64,000 nt of DNA from an uncultured Candidatus Saccharibacteria bacterium (GTDB lineage Bacteria; Patescibacteriota; Dojkabacteria; SC72; JAFGCJ01), in NCBI GenBank assembly GCA_964481345.1, contig CAYZTC010000001.1, forward strand, positions 7,766 through 71,765, written 5' to 3'. The position numbers and the translations under genes are program-made. Under the pieces are notes generated by a model, which saw only the letters and a program-made list of their open reading frames with translations, did no database searches and was not told the DNA's origin. Of this stretch, positions 28,676 through 38,670 are shown one piece after another (the stretch's first letter is position 1; each line of letters opens with the position of its first letter).

Positions 28676-29342
28676 TTACCAACCTTTCCATCAATTCTTC
28701 ATGAACTTCTTCTACCAATGGCTCACCATCAACTCTAAGGAGTAACCCCCTATTTTCAAATTCTTTAAGAACGTCACCGATAACATCCCGCTCTTCTCTT
28801 ATTCTTGCCCTTATTAATTCTGGTTTATCATCCTCCCTCTGAATAAGTTTTTCACCATCAATGTCACAAAACCCTTCTTTTTTACTTTTCTTAAAATCAG
28901 GATGGTATGTAGTCCCACATTTAGGGCAGAATCTTCTCTTTGAGAGCCTGTTTATTATTGATTCATCAGACAGCTCTAGACAGATTACTTTGTCCAAAGT
29001 CCTTCCAAAAAATTCCAATGTTTCATCAAACATTGGAATTTGGTTAATAGTCCTCACAACACCAGTGAACACCCAACGTTTTTTACTACCAAAATCTTTT
29101 AAGCCTGATCTTAATATTTTATTGATTATATCATCAGGTATCAGCAAGCCCTTTGGGACATACTGATTTGCAATTTTTCCCAGCTCAGTTCCTTTTTTTA
29201 TTTCTGCTCTTGCAAGTAACCCTGTTGAAATTTTTGCACCATCACAAAGATTACATAAAATATCCGCCTGAGTGTCCTTGCCAGAACCAGCAAGACCTAA
29301 AAACAATAGAGTCTTAGGGATTTTTTTACAGATAACTTTCAT
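28665..29342 (-). CDS. adk: adenylate kinase (divergent motifs)
   Basis: Lies between secY and map; GLAGSGKDTQA P-loop, LID CPKC...CDID, QREDD. Confidence 0.9.
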   Translation of the reverse strand: MKVICKKIPKTLLFLGLAGSGKDTQADILCNLCDGAKISTGLLARAEIKKGTELGKIANQYVPKGLLIPDDIINKILRSGLKDFGSKKRWVFTGVVRTINQIPMFDETLEFFGRTLDKVICLELSDESIINRLSKRRFCPKCGTTYHPDFKKSKKEGFCDIDGEKLIQREDDKPELIRARIREERDVIGDVLKEFENRGLLLRVDGEPLVEEVHEELMERLVNEG

Positions 29343-30603
29343 AACTTCTAGTTACTATTAGTGACTCAATTTGCCTTTTAATGTCCAACACTACCCCCAC
29401 AACAATTAAAAGTCCAGTTCCACTTACTATTGCACTTGAAATATATCCCATGTTTTGAGCAATACCAGGCAGTATTGCAATTACTGCAAGAAATATTGAC
29501 CCAAGAATACTTAATCTAAGGGCAGATCTAGACAGATACTGCTCAGTCTGTTTTCCAGGACGAATGCCAGGAATAAATGCACCCTGTTTTTGAAGATTTT
29601 CTGCAACGTTTGAAGGATTAAATACAACAAAAGTATAAAATATCGAAAAAAAGACTATTACAACCGCCAAAAGTATGTTGTATACCGTCTGATCATTTAA
29701 CTGAGTAACAATCCAATCAGAAACATTTTTTACAACTTCAGGAATCATATCCCCAGTCAAAAACCTCGCAATCAACTGCGGAAAAGATAACATAGACAAG
29801 GCAAAAATTACGGGCATTACACCGGCCTGATTTAGCTTCAGTGGTATATGACTTTCAGCTCCAGCACCAGTCATCCTTACCCTTCTTGCATACTGAATCT
29901 TTACTCTCCTTTCAGCCACATTAATAATAACTACTGTTAAAACAATAAGAAGAGACAATATCCAAATTATCCACGATCCATTCCTACTAAGATCAGTAGA
30001 ATTTGCCTGAAGACTTCCAGGAATTCCTGCCAAAATACCCGCCATTATTAAAAAAGACGATCCGTTTCCTAATCCCATGTCAGATATCAATTCCCCCATC
30101 CACATCATAATCACTGACCCAGCTGTCAAGGTAGCAATCATATTTACCAAATTAATACCTGAAAGCTCCTCCATAATTCCATACTGCTTCAACACTGAAT
30201 AAATCACAAAAGATTGCAAAATAGCAAGAGGCACTGACAATAATCTTGTATACATATTTATTACTCTTCTTCCCTGCTCTCCCTCTTTTTGTAATTCCTC
30301 GATCTTAGGAATTACAGAACCCAATAATTGGAAAATAATAGATGCGTTAATATACGGACCAAGACCAATAGCCACTATTGTGGCTTTTTCAAGCACACCT
30401 CCAGATACAAGAGACAATACATCTCCAAACCCACTATCACCAAAAAACTGTTTTAAAGCATCCTCTGGCAATCCTGGAACTGGTACGGCCGCCATAAACC
30501 TAAATACTATGAGAATAAAAATTGAAAAAAGGAGCTTATCTCTAATCTCCTTATTTTTTATTATCTGACCTAAAGTATTTCTGATATCAGCCAGACTTGC
30601 CAT
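29326..30603 (-). CDS. secY: preprotein translocase SecY
   Basis: GPYINASII, GLGNGSS, KLNQAGVMPVIFA, FIPGIRPG. Confidence 0.98.
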   Translation of the reverse strand: MASLADIRNTLGQIIKNKEIRDKLLFSIFILIVFRFMAAVPVPGLPEDALKQFFGDSGFGDVLSLVSGGVLEKATIVAIGLGPYINASIIFQLLGSVIPKIEELQKEGEQGRRVINMYTRLLSVPLAILQSFVIYSVLKQYGIMEELSGINLVNMIATLTAGSVIMMWMGELISDMGLGNGSSFLIMAGILAGIPGSLQANSTDLSRNGSWIIWILSLLIVLTVVIINVAERRVKIQYARRVRMTGAGAESHIPLKLNQAGVMPVIFALSMLSFPQLIARFLTGDMIPEVVKNVSDWIVTQLNDQTVYNILLAVVIVFFSIFYTFVVFNPSNVAENLQKQGAFIPGIRPGKQTEQYLSRSALRLSILGSIFLAVIAILPGIAQNMGYISSAIVSGTGLLIVVGVVLDIKRQIESLIVTRSYESYL

Positions 30604-30607
30604 GTGA

Positions 30608-31045
30608 TTACTTCTTATTTAATTTCTTTACTATCTCACTTGCCGACTTTGACATTTTCACATCCTTGAACTTTAGCTTTTTAGTAAGTTTTCCTTTACC
30701 AAGGACTTTCACATTTTTTGTCTTTTTTCTTATCATTCCCTTTTCCATCAAATTCTTCTTAGAGACTTCTTCTCCCGACTTAAAGTTCTTCTCAAGATCA
30801 GCAAAGTTGATAACTTGGTACTCCACTCTATCAGGATTTCTGAAACCCCTAAACTTGGGAAGTCTTCTATATAAAGGCACATTTCCACCCTCAAAGCCAA
30901 CTTTTGTTTTCCCTCCTGATCTCGATCTTTGTCCCTTTTGTCCCCTTCCTACTGTATGGCCACCCTTCCCAGATCCATATCCTCTTCCTACCCTTTTGGA
31001 TTTATTTCTTTGTTTTTTTCTTTTTGGTAATGCGTTTAGCTCCAT
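30608..31045 (-). CDS. rplO: 50S ribosomal protein uL15
   Basis: RVGRGYGSGKG, GFEGG, RRLPKFRGF. Confidence 0.97.
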   Translation of the reverse strand: MELNALPKRKKQRNKSKRVGRGYGSGKGGHTVGRGQKGQRSRSGGKTKVGFEGGNVPLYRRLPKFRGFRNPDRVEYQVINFADLEKNFKSGEEVSKKNLMEKGMIRKKTKNVKVLGKGKLTKKLKFKDVKMSKSASEIVKKLNKK

Positions 31046-31577
31046 CTTTCTTTGAATTATTTAATTTCTTTTTACTAGTTTTCTTAAGCTTTTCAGTTCT
31101 TTTTTCCAATACCCTACTTTTTCGTAGAGATAGCAGTGCCTCATATGTACAGTATGCATTAGTAACTTCACTTGATGAACCAAGCTTTTTCGACAGCACA
31201 TTCCTCACCCCTGAAAGTTCAAGTACTGCTCGAACTGGCGCACTGGCAATAATACCTGTTCCAGGACCAGTTGGTTTAAGTATAAGTTTTGCTGCCCTGA
31301 ATTTTTTGTATACTGCGTGCGGAATAGTATCCCCGACAAGTTCAACATTTACTGAATGAGATTTAGCATATTTAAACCCCTTATCAATAGCACTTTTAGT
31401 GTCTTGACCTCTTCCAAGTCCGACTCCAACCCTCCCCTTCCTATTTCCTGCAACTACTAACGCACTGAACCTCAACCTTTTCGATCCTGACCTTACCTTT
31501 GCAACCCTTCTCACAGATACTACCTTCCTATCATATTCCTCCCTTTGTTTTTCGCCTCTATATATTCTCTCTCTCAC
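31002..31577 (-). CDS. rpsE: 30S ribosomal protein uS5
   Basis: RRVAKV, FSALVVAG, GTGIIA; start placed at GTG 31577. Confidence 0.95.
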   Translation of the reverse strand: MRERIYRGEKQREEYDRKVVSVRRVAKVRSGSKRLRFSALVVAGNRKGRVGVGLGRGQDTKSAIDKGFKYAKSHSVNVELVGDTIPHAVYKKFRAAKLILKPTGPGTGIIASAPVRAVLELSGVRNVLSKKLGSSSEVTNAYCTYEALLSLRKSRVLEKRTEKLKKTSKKKLNNSKKDGAKRITKKKKTKK

Positions 31578-31587
31578 AACAATCGAT

Positions 31588-31941
31588 TTAAAACTTAATT
31601 CCTGATTTTCTGATACCATCTGCTACTGCTTTTACACTTCCATGATACTTGTAGCCAGATCTATCAAAAACAACATTTTCTGTTTTCTTTTTCTTTAGCA
31701 AATCCCCAAATTTCTCTCCTAGCCTCATTGCTGTTTGCACAGGTTTTTCATCTTTCACTGATTTCAATTTCATACTCGAAAGAGCACAAAGTGCCTTTCC
31801 ATCTTCATCATCCACTGCTTGTACATACATATGCTTATTACTCTTAAATACATTTACTCTTAGCACCTCTTTTGTTCCGCTTACTCTCTTTCGAATATGT
31901 AATTTTCTTTTTTGTCTCATCTGTTTTCGTGTCTTATGCAT
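31588..31941 (-). CDS. rplR: 50S ribosomal protein uL18
   Basis: VFKSNKHMYVQ, VVFDRSGYKYHG. Confidence 0.97.
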   Translation of the reverse strand: MHKTRKQMRQKRKLHIRKRVSGTKEVLRVNVFKSNKHMYVQAVDDEDGKALCALSSMKLKSVKDEKPVQTAMRLGEKFGDLLKKKKTENVVFDRSGYKYHGSVKAVADGIRKSGIKF

Positions 31942-32485
31942 TTTCTTCCTCCTTTACAGATTTACTTGTTTTCCTTCTTATTACTTCATCGACATACTTA
32001 ATTCCTTTTCCTTTATAGGGCTCAGGTTTCTTTATCTTTCTTATATTTGCAGCCCAAAGACCAACCTTTTGTTTGTCGGCACCACTTACATCTACGTAAA
32101 CCTGGTCTCTAACTTCAAAATTAACACCCTCTGGAGAAGTAATCTTTACAGGGTGGTTCCAGCCAAGATACATAACTAACTCCCTTCCCCTTACTTCTGC
32201 CCTATAACCCATTCCTACGAGCTCAAGCTCTTTTTTAAAACCTTTCTTAACCCCTTCCACCATATTTGCAATTATTGATCTTGTGGTACCATGGTTGGAT
32301 TTTGCCTGTTTGGTATCTTTTTCCCTCTCCACAACGACCTCATTATCCTCCACTGTAATCTTAATTCCTTTTGGAAAGATCTTTTTCAATTCCCCTTCCG
32401 GACCCTTTACTTTTACAGTATGACCTTCCGTTTCCACTGATATCCCTTCTTCAATTTTGATTGGTTTAATACCTATTCTTGACAT
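31934..32485 (-). CDS. rplF: 50S ribosomal protein uL6
   Basis: MSRIG, GMGYRA, PEPYKGKGIKY. Confidence 0.97.
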   Translation of the reverse strand: MSRIGIKPIKIEEGISVETEGHTVKVKGPEGELKKIFPKGIKITVEDNEVVVEREKDTKQAKSNHGTTRSIIANMVEGVKKGFKKELELVGMGYRAEVRGRELVMYLGWNHPVKITSPEGVNFEVRDQVYVDVSGADKQKVGLWAANIRKIKKPEPYKGKGIKYVDEVIRRKTSKSVKEEENA

Positions 32486-32487
32486 TT

Positions 32488-32862
32488 TTACCAAATTTGA
32501 CAAATATATTCTCCTCCAAGACCTTTTGCTTTTGCATCCTCAGAAGTCACAATCCCACCAGACGTACTTATAATTCCAATACCTCTACCATTTAATACAG
32601 GTTTTATCTCACCACTTCTTATATATCTTCTTTGCCCAGGTTTTGAAATCCTCTTTAAATGAGTCATCTTCGGCTCCCTTCCCATATAACTCAAGCTTAC
32701 TGATATTTTTCCATCCTTTTCTGAGTAGTCACTAATAAATGATTCCTTTTTCAATATTGCAACTATCTCTCTAACAAGATTGCTACTTTTAAGCTCGACT
32801 TGTTTCTTCCCTACCATGCATGCATTTTTTATTTTTGATAAAGCATTAGATACTGAATCCAT
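32488..32862 (-). CDS. rpsH: 30S ribosomal protein uS8
   Basis: RISKPGQRRY, GIGIISTSGG, GLGGE. Confidence 0.97.
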   Translation of the reverse strand: MDSVSNALSKIKNACMVGKKQVELKSSNLVREIVAILKKESFISDYSEKDGKISVSLSYMGREPKMTHLKRISKPGQRRYIRSGEIKPVLNGRGIGIISTSGGIVTSEDAKAKGLGGEYICQIW

Positions 32863-32866
32863 ATTT

Positions 32867-33061
32867 TTACCAACTTGATTTAACTATTCCGGGAATCTCA
32901 CCCTTATGGGCAAGCTGTCTAAAACATATTCTGCACAGGCCAAATTTTCTCATATAACCCCTAGCACGTCCACATCTCATACATCTAGAGTACTTTCTTG
33001 TTCTATACTTTGAATATTTCTTAAGTTTCTTATACTGTTCTACTTTAGATTTTTTTGCCAT
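32867..33061 (-). CDS. rpsN: 30S ribosomal protein uS14 (Zn-binding type)
   Basis: [27 protein letters not shown]. Confidence 0.97.
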   Translation of the reverse strand: MAKKSKVEQYKKLKKYSKYRTRKYSRCMRCGRARGYMRKFGLCRICFRQLAHKGEIPGIVKSSW

Positions 33062-33608
33062 CCTTTTGTAATGGAAAACCAAATTTATCTAATAAAGCTT
33101 TTGCATATTTATCATCTTCAGTTGAGGTAACAATCGTTACTTCTAAACCCCTAAGTTTCTCTACTTCACTTGGGTCTATTTCTGGAAAAGCAGTTTGCTC
33201 CTTTATTCCAATTGTGTAATTTCCACTCCCATCAAAAGAATTCAAAGGAAGTCCTCTAAAGTCCTTTGTCCTAGGTAGTGTAATATTTATTAATCTGTCA
33301 ATAAAATGCCACATTCTATTTCCCCTCAATGTAACTACAAGTCCTATTTCCTCTCCCTTTCTTATCTTAAAGCCTGATACTGCCTTTCTTGCAAGAGTCA
33401 CAACAGGCTTTTGGCCAGTAATTAATTCAATCTGTCTAGACATATCCTCAATTGCATCTTTATTTTCAACAGCCTCCCCCAAACCAACGTTTACTACTAT
33501 TTTCTCAAACCGAGGAACTTCCATAACATTATCCAATTTAAGCTCTTTTTTAAGCTCATCTCTGTACTTTTCTATGTATTCTTTTTTCAGTCTTGGTATC
33601 TCTTTCAT
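33045..33608 (-). CDS. rplE: 50S ribosomal protein uL5
   Basis: [26 protein letters not shown]. Confidence 0.98.
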   Translation of the reverse strand: MKEIPRLKKEYIEKYRDELKKELKLDNVMEVPRFEKIVVNVGLGEAVENKDAIEDMSRQIELITGQKPVVTLARKAVSGFKIRKGEEIGLVVTLRGNRMWHFIDRLINITLPRTKDFRGLPLNSFDGSGNYTIGIKEQTAFPEIDPSEVEKLRGLEVTIVTSTEDDKYAKALLDKFGFPLQKDGKKI

Positions 33609-33609
33609 T

Positions 33610-33634
33610 CTTGTCCTGGAGCGAAGTGATAGGA
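33610..33634. repeat. dispersed REP-like element (second copy at 51720-51744)
   Basis: cttgtcctggaRcgaagtgatagga, 24/25 identical between the two loci. Confidence 0.8.
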
Positions 33635-33651
33635 TCTATACATAGGGTCTA

Positions 33652-34080
33652 TCACTTAGACCCGCTATTCTTCGCTTTAGAATTTATTTTCTTCCTTGTA
33701 CTTCCCTTGGTCCTCTTTGTCTTCTTTTCCCTTGATTTAACAGTCTTTTTAGAACTTTCCTGCTTCGCCTCAGCATCTAAAGGTTTCATACATTTTTTAC
33801 ATATCCTTATCTTTTTTCCTTTTTCAATAACAAAACCTATCCTTGATGGCTTACCACACGAATTGCACACAACCATAACATTAGATATTGAAACTGGTTT
33901 TACAACATCCACTATTGCAGATTCTTTATCCTTGTTATCTCCCTTTATATGTCTTTTATAAATATTTATTCCCTCCACAATGACCTTACCTTCTACAGGA
34001 AGAACCTTAAGCACCTTACCCTGCTTTCCAACATCTTTTCCTTTCCTTATTTTTACTGTATCCCCTCTTTGGATTCTCAT
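33652..34080 (-). CDS. rplX: 50S ribosomal protein uL24 (C-terminal extension)
   Basis: GDTV, GKDVGKQGKV, VIVEGIN, ISNV. Confidence 0.96.
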   Translation of the reverse strand: MRIQRGDTVKIRKGKDVGKQGKVLKVLPVEGKVIVEGINIYKRHIKGDNKDKESAIVDVVKPVSISNVMVVCNSCGKPSRIGFVIEKGKKIRICKKCMKPLDAEAKQESSKKTVKSREKKTKRTKGSTRKKINSKAKNSGSK

Positions 34081-34451
34081 AATACCTCCGGTGCTAAAGA
34101 TACAATCTTATCAAAACCCTTCTCTTTCAACTCTCTCGCTATCGGACCAAATATCCTTGTCCCCTTCGGAAGTTTACTTTCAGTCCCCTGTAAAATAACA
34201 ACAGAATTATCATCAAATCTAATATATGATCCGTCTTTTCTCCTACACTCTTTCTTTGTCCTTACTACTACAGCTATTTCTTTACCATGCTCTTTTACAA
34301 GTCCATAAGGGTTTGCCTTCATAATACTTACCCTTAAAATATCCCCAACCCTCGCAACTCTTTCCCTTGAGCTCCCTGGCACACCAATGACTCTTGCAAG
34401 CATTCCACCAGTATTGTCAGTTACTTTTACTCTTGTTCCAATTCTTACCAT
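34077..34451 (-). CDS. rplN: 50S ribosomal protein uL14
   Basis: DNTG, RKDGSYIRFDDN, GTRIFGPIAREL. Confidence 0.97.
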   Translation of the reverse strand: MVRIGTRVKVTDNTGGMLARVIGVPGSSRERVARVGDILRVSIMKANPYGLVKEHGKEIAVVVRTKKECRRKDGSYIRFDDNSVVILQGTESKLPKGTRIFGPIARELKEKGFDKIVSLAPEVL

Positions 34452-34501
34452 TTTGTTTCTAGACTATATTATTATCAATTTACTTGTCTAATCTGCTCAC
34501 T

Positions 34502-34544
34502 CTGAGCAAATCGAAGGACCCTTGTCTTGAGTGAAGTCGAAGGA
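34502..34544. repeat. two degenerate tandem REP-like units
   Basis: ctgagcaaatcgaagga and ttgagtgaagtcgaagga, related to the ctgagcttgccgaaggg unit inside rnpB. Confidence 0.55.
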
Positions 34545-34796
34545 TCATTTTTTTCTACCCTTCTTAGATATATTATCGATAACCCTCCATCTCTTTGTTT
34601 TAGAAATAGGTCTTACTAATTCAATGGTTACCTCATCACCAATATCCAACTTTTCCTCAGTATGAACATAGTACTTTTTCTTTCTTGTAAGTATCTTTTT
34701 ATACTTCGGATGAGCAGTCTTTCTTTCTACTTCAACCACAACCGTTTTATCCATCTTATTTTTTATTACTTTTCCCCTACGTCTTGCCTTTGCCAT
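34545..34796 (-). CDS. rpsQ: 30S ribosomal protein uS17
   Basis: KMDKTVVV, HPKYKK, RPISKTKRW. Confidence 0.97.
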   Translation of the reverse strand: MAKARRRGKVIKNKMDKTVVVEVERKTAHPKYKKILTRKKKYYVHTEEKLDIGDEVTIELVRPISKTKRWRVIDNISKKGRKK

Positions 34797-35007
34797 CTTT
34801 TGCTTTCTTAATTAACTTATCTTTTTGTTTTTCATTAATAATTGTCTCTAGTCGTGCAAGTTCTCTTCTTGTTTTCTTAGGCTTTCTCATATCTTTTAAC
34901 TTTCCAACTCTCATCTCAAGACACTCATCCGCATATCTTGTTCTCAAATCATCCCTCATCTTAAATAGTTCTTTTGTTATTTTTTTCCGAGTCAGTTTCG
35001 TATCCAT
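34777..35007 (-). CDS. rpmC: 50S ribosomal protein uL29
   Basis: Lies between rplP and rpsQ; RRELARLETIINEK. Confidence 0.85.
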   Translation of the reverse strand: MDTKLTRKKITKELFKMRDDLRTRYADECLEMRVGKLKDMRKPKKTRRELARLETIINEKQKDKLIKKAKDGKGKT

Positions 35008-35417
35008 TAGTCAATCCTCTTTAAAAATCTAGTTGCAACAGACAACTTATGACCAGCCAACCTAAATGCAGCCTTGGCAGTCTCTTCATCAACACCACCC
35101 AGCTCAAAAATTACCCTACCTGGTCTTACAACTGCCACATGTCTATCAATATCACCTTTTCCAGATCCCATTTTTACCTCAGCTGGTTTCTTCGTAACAG
35201 GCTTATCAGGAAACACCCTCACCCATATTTTCCCTTTCCTTTTAATACTTCCAGTAATAGCCCTTCTTGCAGCCTCAATCTGACTTGCCGAAACCCAACC
35301 ACACTCCTTTGACTGCAGACCATACTCTCCAAAATCCACAGTGCTAGCCCCAAAGGATATCCCTTTCATTTTTCCTCTAAATTGTTTTCTATATTTTGCG
35401 TTTTTGGGTTCTAACAT
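35007..35417 (-). CDS. rplP: 50S ribosomal protein uL16
   Basis: KYRKQFRG, QIEAARRA, RVFPDKP, MGSGKG. Confidence 0.98.
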   Translation of the reverse strand: MLEPKNAKYRKQFRGKMKGISFGASTVDFGEYGLQSKECGWVSASQIEAARRAITGSIKRKGKIWVRVFPDKPVTKKPAEVKMGSGKGDIDRHVAVVRPGRVIFELGGVDEETAKAAFRLAGHKLSVATRFLKRID

Positions 35418-35425
35418 TTTCTTCT

Positions 35426-36079
35426 TTATTTACTTGATTTTTCTGATTCCTCCAACTCATCACATTTATAAATCCAAACCTTTACACCAAGCAATCCTGC
35501 ATTTGCAGTTGAAGCCACCTCTTTTGCAAAATCGATATCTGCTCTTATAGTCTGTAAAGGTACTGGCCCTTCATGAGCTTTAATACTTCTTGCAATATCA
35601 TTTCCACGAATTCTTCCGGATATCACAATCTTTACACCTTTTGCACCCGCTTGAATCGCCTTTTCCTTCTCTGTTTCCATCAGTTTTTTAGGTGACATTC
35701 TTCTTTCAATACCATCGGCAATTGTTCTTGCAATTACCCTTGCTGATAATTCTGACTTCCTAACCTCATTTATTTTAATATCTATAGGAATTTTATACTT
35801 TTTTGTAAGTTCATTTTTAATCTCGTCTATTCCTTTCCCACCTCTTCCAATTGCAACACCAGGCCTTGCAACATATACATTTACAGTGACATTATTCATA
35901 GACCTATGGATCTCAACTCTTGCAAGTCCTGCCATACTTAATTTTTGGGTTAGATACTTCCTTATAGAAATATCCTGATGAAGCTGTTGTGTATATTTTT
36001 CACGCTCTGCATACCATAGAGAGCTCCATGTTTTCCCACTTCCAAGTCGCATAGCTATTGCACTCATTTTTTGTGCCAT
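35426..36079 (-). CDS. rpsC: 30S ribosomal protein uS3
   Basis: RPGVAIGRGG, SGRIRG, VPLQTIRADIDF, GVKVWI. Confidence 0.98.
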   Translation of the reverse strand: MAQKMSAIAMRLGSGKTWSSLWYAEREKYTQQLHQDISIRKYLTQKLSMAGLARVEIHRSMNNVTVNVYVARPGVAIGRGGKGIDEIKNELTKKYKIPIDIKINEVRKSELSARVIARTIADGIERRMSPKKLMETEKEKAIQAGAKGVKIVISGRIRGNDIARSIKAHEGPVPLQTIRADIDFAKEVASTANAGLLGVKVWIYKCDELEESEKSSK

Positions 36080-36080
36080 A

Positions 36081-36494
36081 TTACTTCTCCATTAGTTCAA
36101 TATTAATTATCGATCTTCTCTTCAAGATCTTGTTCACCCTTCCTCTTGAAGCAATTCTATATCGAGGTAATTTTACCCCATCGCCTACCTCAACTCTAGA
36201 AATAAATAAACCATCAGGATTTAAACCATATAGACTTTCTGCATTTGCAACAGCAGATTTCAAAAGTTTAATCAGCTGATCAGCAGCCTTTTTTCTAGTA
36301 AAAGTAAGTATCTCTAAAGCATCATTTACATTCTTTCCCCTAATCAAATTCACAACTAACCTCATTTTTTGAGGAGAAGAGCTCGCATCAGTCATCTTTG
36401 CACTCACTTTTCTTTTTTCAACAACAACTGGAGCTTTTTCATCCTGTTTTTTTTCTTCCGTATTCTTTTTTGCTTGTTCTTTCTTTTTAGCCAT
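36081..36494 (-). CDS. rplV: 50S ribosomal protein uL22 (N-terminal extension)
   Basis: SPQKMRLVVNLIRGK, LKSAVANAE. Confidence 0.96.
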   Translation of the reverse strand: MAKKKEQAKKNTEEKKQDEKAPVVVEKRKVSAKMTDASSSPQKMRLVVNLIRGKNVNDALEILTFTRKKAADQLIKLLKSAVANAESLYGLNPDGLFISRVEVGDGVKLPRYRIASRGRVNKILKRRSIINIELMEK

Positions 36495-36525
36495 CTAACA
36501 CCTATTTAAAATATTCTTCTACTCC

Positions 36526-36561
36526 CCTCGACGTAGCTCCGTCTTACGGAGCGAAGGCGGG
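36526..36561. repeat. REP-like palindrome (same family as the rnpB P12 insert)
   Basis: cctcgacgtagctccgtcttacggagcgaaggcggg. Confidence 0.7.
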
Positions 36562-36867
36562 TTATTCTTCATATCTTCCTGCACCACCATACACCTTAGA
36601 AATCTTTCCTTTCTTTGCATGACCCTTAAACTTCCTTGTGGGAGAAAATTCTCCAAGTCTATGACCAACCATAGATTCTGTAACTAATACTGATATATGC
36701 TCTTTCCCATTATGTACAGCAATTGTAAAACCAACCATCTCAGGAGAAATCATTGAGGCCCTTGCCCAGGTTTTAATTGGGGAAGCATCTCCTGTTTCTT
36801 TCGATTTATTAATCTTTTCTAACAACCTTTCATCTACATATGGTCCTTTTTTAAGCGATCTTGCCAT
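36562..36867 (-). CDS. rpsS: 30S ribosomal protein uS19
   Basis: [22 protein letters not shown]. Confidence 0.98.
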   Translation of the reverse strand: MARSLKKGPYVDERLLEKINKSKETGDASPIKTWARASMISPEMVGFTIAVHNGKEHISVLVTESMVGHRLGEFSPTRKFKGHAKKGKISKVYGGAGRYEE

Positions 36868-36883
36868 GACTTTTTATTAATAA

Positions 36884-37744
36884 TTAAATCTTAGAGAATG
36901 GTCTTCTCCTTGTCTTCCTTCTCTTAATAATATATTTTCCTGTTTTCTTGTTTTTTCTAGTTCTAGTACCAACTCTATGCCCCCAAATATCTTTTGGACC
37001 ACTTAATCCACTTCTTACCACTCCCTTACCTTCCCCACCACCGTGTGGATGCTGTCCCGGGTGCATTGCCATACCTCTTACCGTAGGTCTTATTCCCTTA
37101 CGCCTTTTCCTTCCGGCTTTACCTAGCTTTACATTCATATGCTCCTCATTTCCTACCTGTCCCACTGTTGCATAGCAGGTATTTAAAACCAATCTTATTT
37201 CCCCCGAAGGCATTTTTAGTTGCATGTACTTTCCTGTAGCATCCAGTCCTTGGACAACAATGGCAGTACCAGCAGATCTGCCAAGTTGACCACCCTTTCC
37301 AGGTGTAAGCTCAACATCATATACTGGCGTGCCTGTAGGAATATTTTTCATCATCAGTGTATTCCCAACCTCAGGTTCTACATCCTCTCCTGATATAACC
37401 TTATCCCCAACTTTTATTCTTCTTGGTGCAAGAACATACCTTCTTTCACCATCAGCATATTTTATAAGAGCAAGATTAGCAGAGATATTTGGATCATACT
37501 CTAATCTTTCAACAACTCCCTCCACACCATGTTTATCTTTTCTATGATCAACATTCCTAAGAAGTCTCTTCACCCCACCACCCCTATGCCTTACAGTAAT
37601 CCTTCCCTTTGTGTTTCTTCCACCAGAGCTTTTCTTACCAACAGTCAACGACTTAACTGGTTTTTCAGAATAAAGGTTACTCCTATCCTCAAGATGGGTA
37701 TGTCTTAATGTACTAGTTGTAGGTTTTCTTTTCTTTAACGCCAT
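36884..37744 (-). CDS. rplB: 50S ribosomal protein uL2
   Basis: GRITVRHRGGG, EYDPN, HPHGGGEG. Confidence 0.98.
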   Translation of the reverse strand: MALKKRKPTTSTLRHTHLEDRSNLYSEKPVKSLTVGKKSSGGRNTKGRITVRHRGGGVKRLLRNVDHRKDKHGVEGVVERLEYDPNISANLALIKYADGERRYVLAPRRIKVGDKVISGEDVEPEVGNTLMMKNIPTGTPVYDVELTPGKGGQLGRSAGTAIVVQGLDATGKYMQLKMPSGEIRLVLNTCYATVGQVGNEEHMNVKLGKAGRKRRKGIRPTVRGMAMHPGQHPHGGGEGKGVVRSGLSGPKDIWGHRVGTRTRKNKKTGKYIIKRRKTRRRPFSKI

Positions 37745-37747
37745 TTT

Positions 37748-38035
37748 TTATGCCTTAAATATATCAATAGTATCGCCTGGCTTTAGTGTTACCATAGCGT
37801 GCTTATAGTCTTTCCTGTAACTTGTTGCCCTCCTTCTCCAATCAGTAATCTTTTTCCCCCTCCGGTTTAATATCCTTACTTTTTCAACTTTCACTTTAAA
37901 TCTTCTTTCAATCTCACTTTTTATACCCGATTTTGTAGATTCTCTTGCCACACGAAAAGTATATATTCCTCTTTCGCTACCTTCATAACTTTTTTCTGAA
38001 ATATTTGGTTGTATTATTAAGCTTTTTCTTTTCAT
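37748..38035 (-). CDS. rplW: 50S ribosomal protein uL23
   Basis: ISEKS, YTFRV, KHAMVTL; operon position. Confidence 0.93.
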   Translation of the reverse strand: MKRKSLIIQPNISEKSYEGSERGIYTFRVARESTKSGIKSEIERRFKVKVEKVRILNRRGKKITDWRRRATSYRKDYKHAMVTLKPGDTIDIFKA

Positions 38036-38670
38036 TTCATCCTTTTTGCAAAGTCAGATACTGCTTTTTCACTAATTAAAAGCTTTTGAGCCTTTATCAA
38101 CTCATATGAATTCACATTATTAACATCTGTAGCTTGGACCTTTTTAAGATTTCTTAAACCCCTCCTTATGCTTTCTCTATCTTTCAATTCATTTTCATAA
38201 ACAACGAGTATCTTGTTATCTAATATTCCAAGCTTTTCAAAGAGCTTTACCATATCCTTTGTTTTTACATTCTTACTTCCCTCTATCTCACTTATCACTA
38301 AAATATTTTCTTTTTCTGCTTTATCAGAAAGAAGACACTTTAATGCCAAGTCTCTCATCTTTTGAGGTACCTTCAGTATTCGTTTCTTTCCTGTCGGACC
38401 AAACGCTACTCCACCCCCAACCCAGATTGGTGATCTAATCGATCCATGCCTTGCCCTACCTGTACCCTTCTGTCTCCAAGGTTTCTTCCCACCGCCTCTT
38501 ACCTCACCCCTTGTCTTTGTTTTAGCTGAATGCTTCCTTTGATTATTAAGGTACACATGTATCACCTGCGCCACAACATCTTTTTTCATCGGCACTTTCC
38601 ATATAGAGTCTATAAGATCAACTTTCTTTTCTGATTTATTTCCACTTTTAGTATATGCGTTAACTTTCAT
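38032..38670 (-). CDS. rplD: 50S ribosomal protein uL4
   Basis: TKTRGEVRGGGKKPWRQKGTGRARHGS. Confidence 0.98.
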   Translation of the reverse strand: MKVNAYTKSGNKSEKKVDLIDSIWKVPMKKDVVAQVIHVYLNNQRKHSAKTKTRGEVRGGGKKPWRQKGTGRARHGSIRSPIWVGGGVAFGPTGKKRILKVPQKMRDLALKCLLSDKAEKENILVISEIEGSKNVKTKDMVKLFEKLGILDNKILVVYENELKDRESIRRGLRNLKKVQATDVNNVNSYELIKAQKLLISEKAVSDFAKRMK

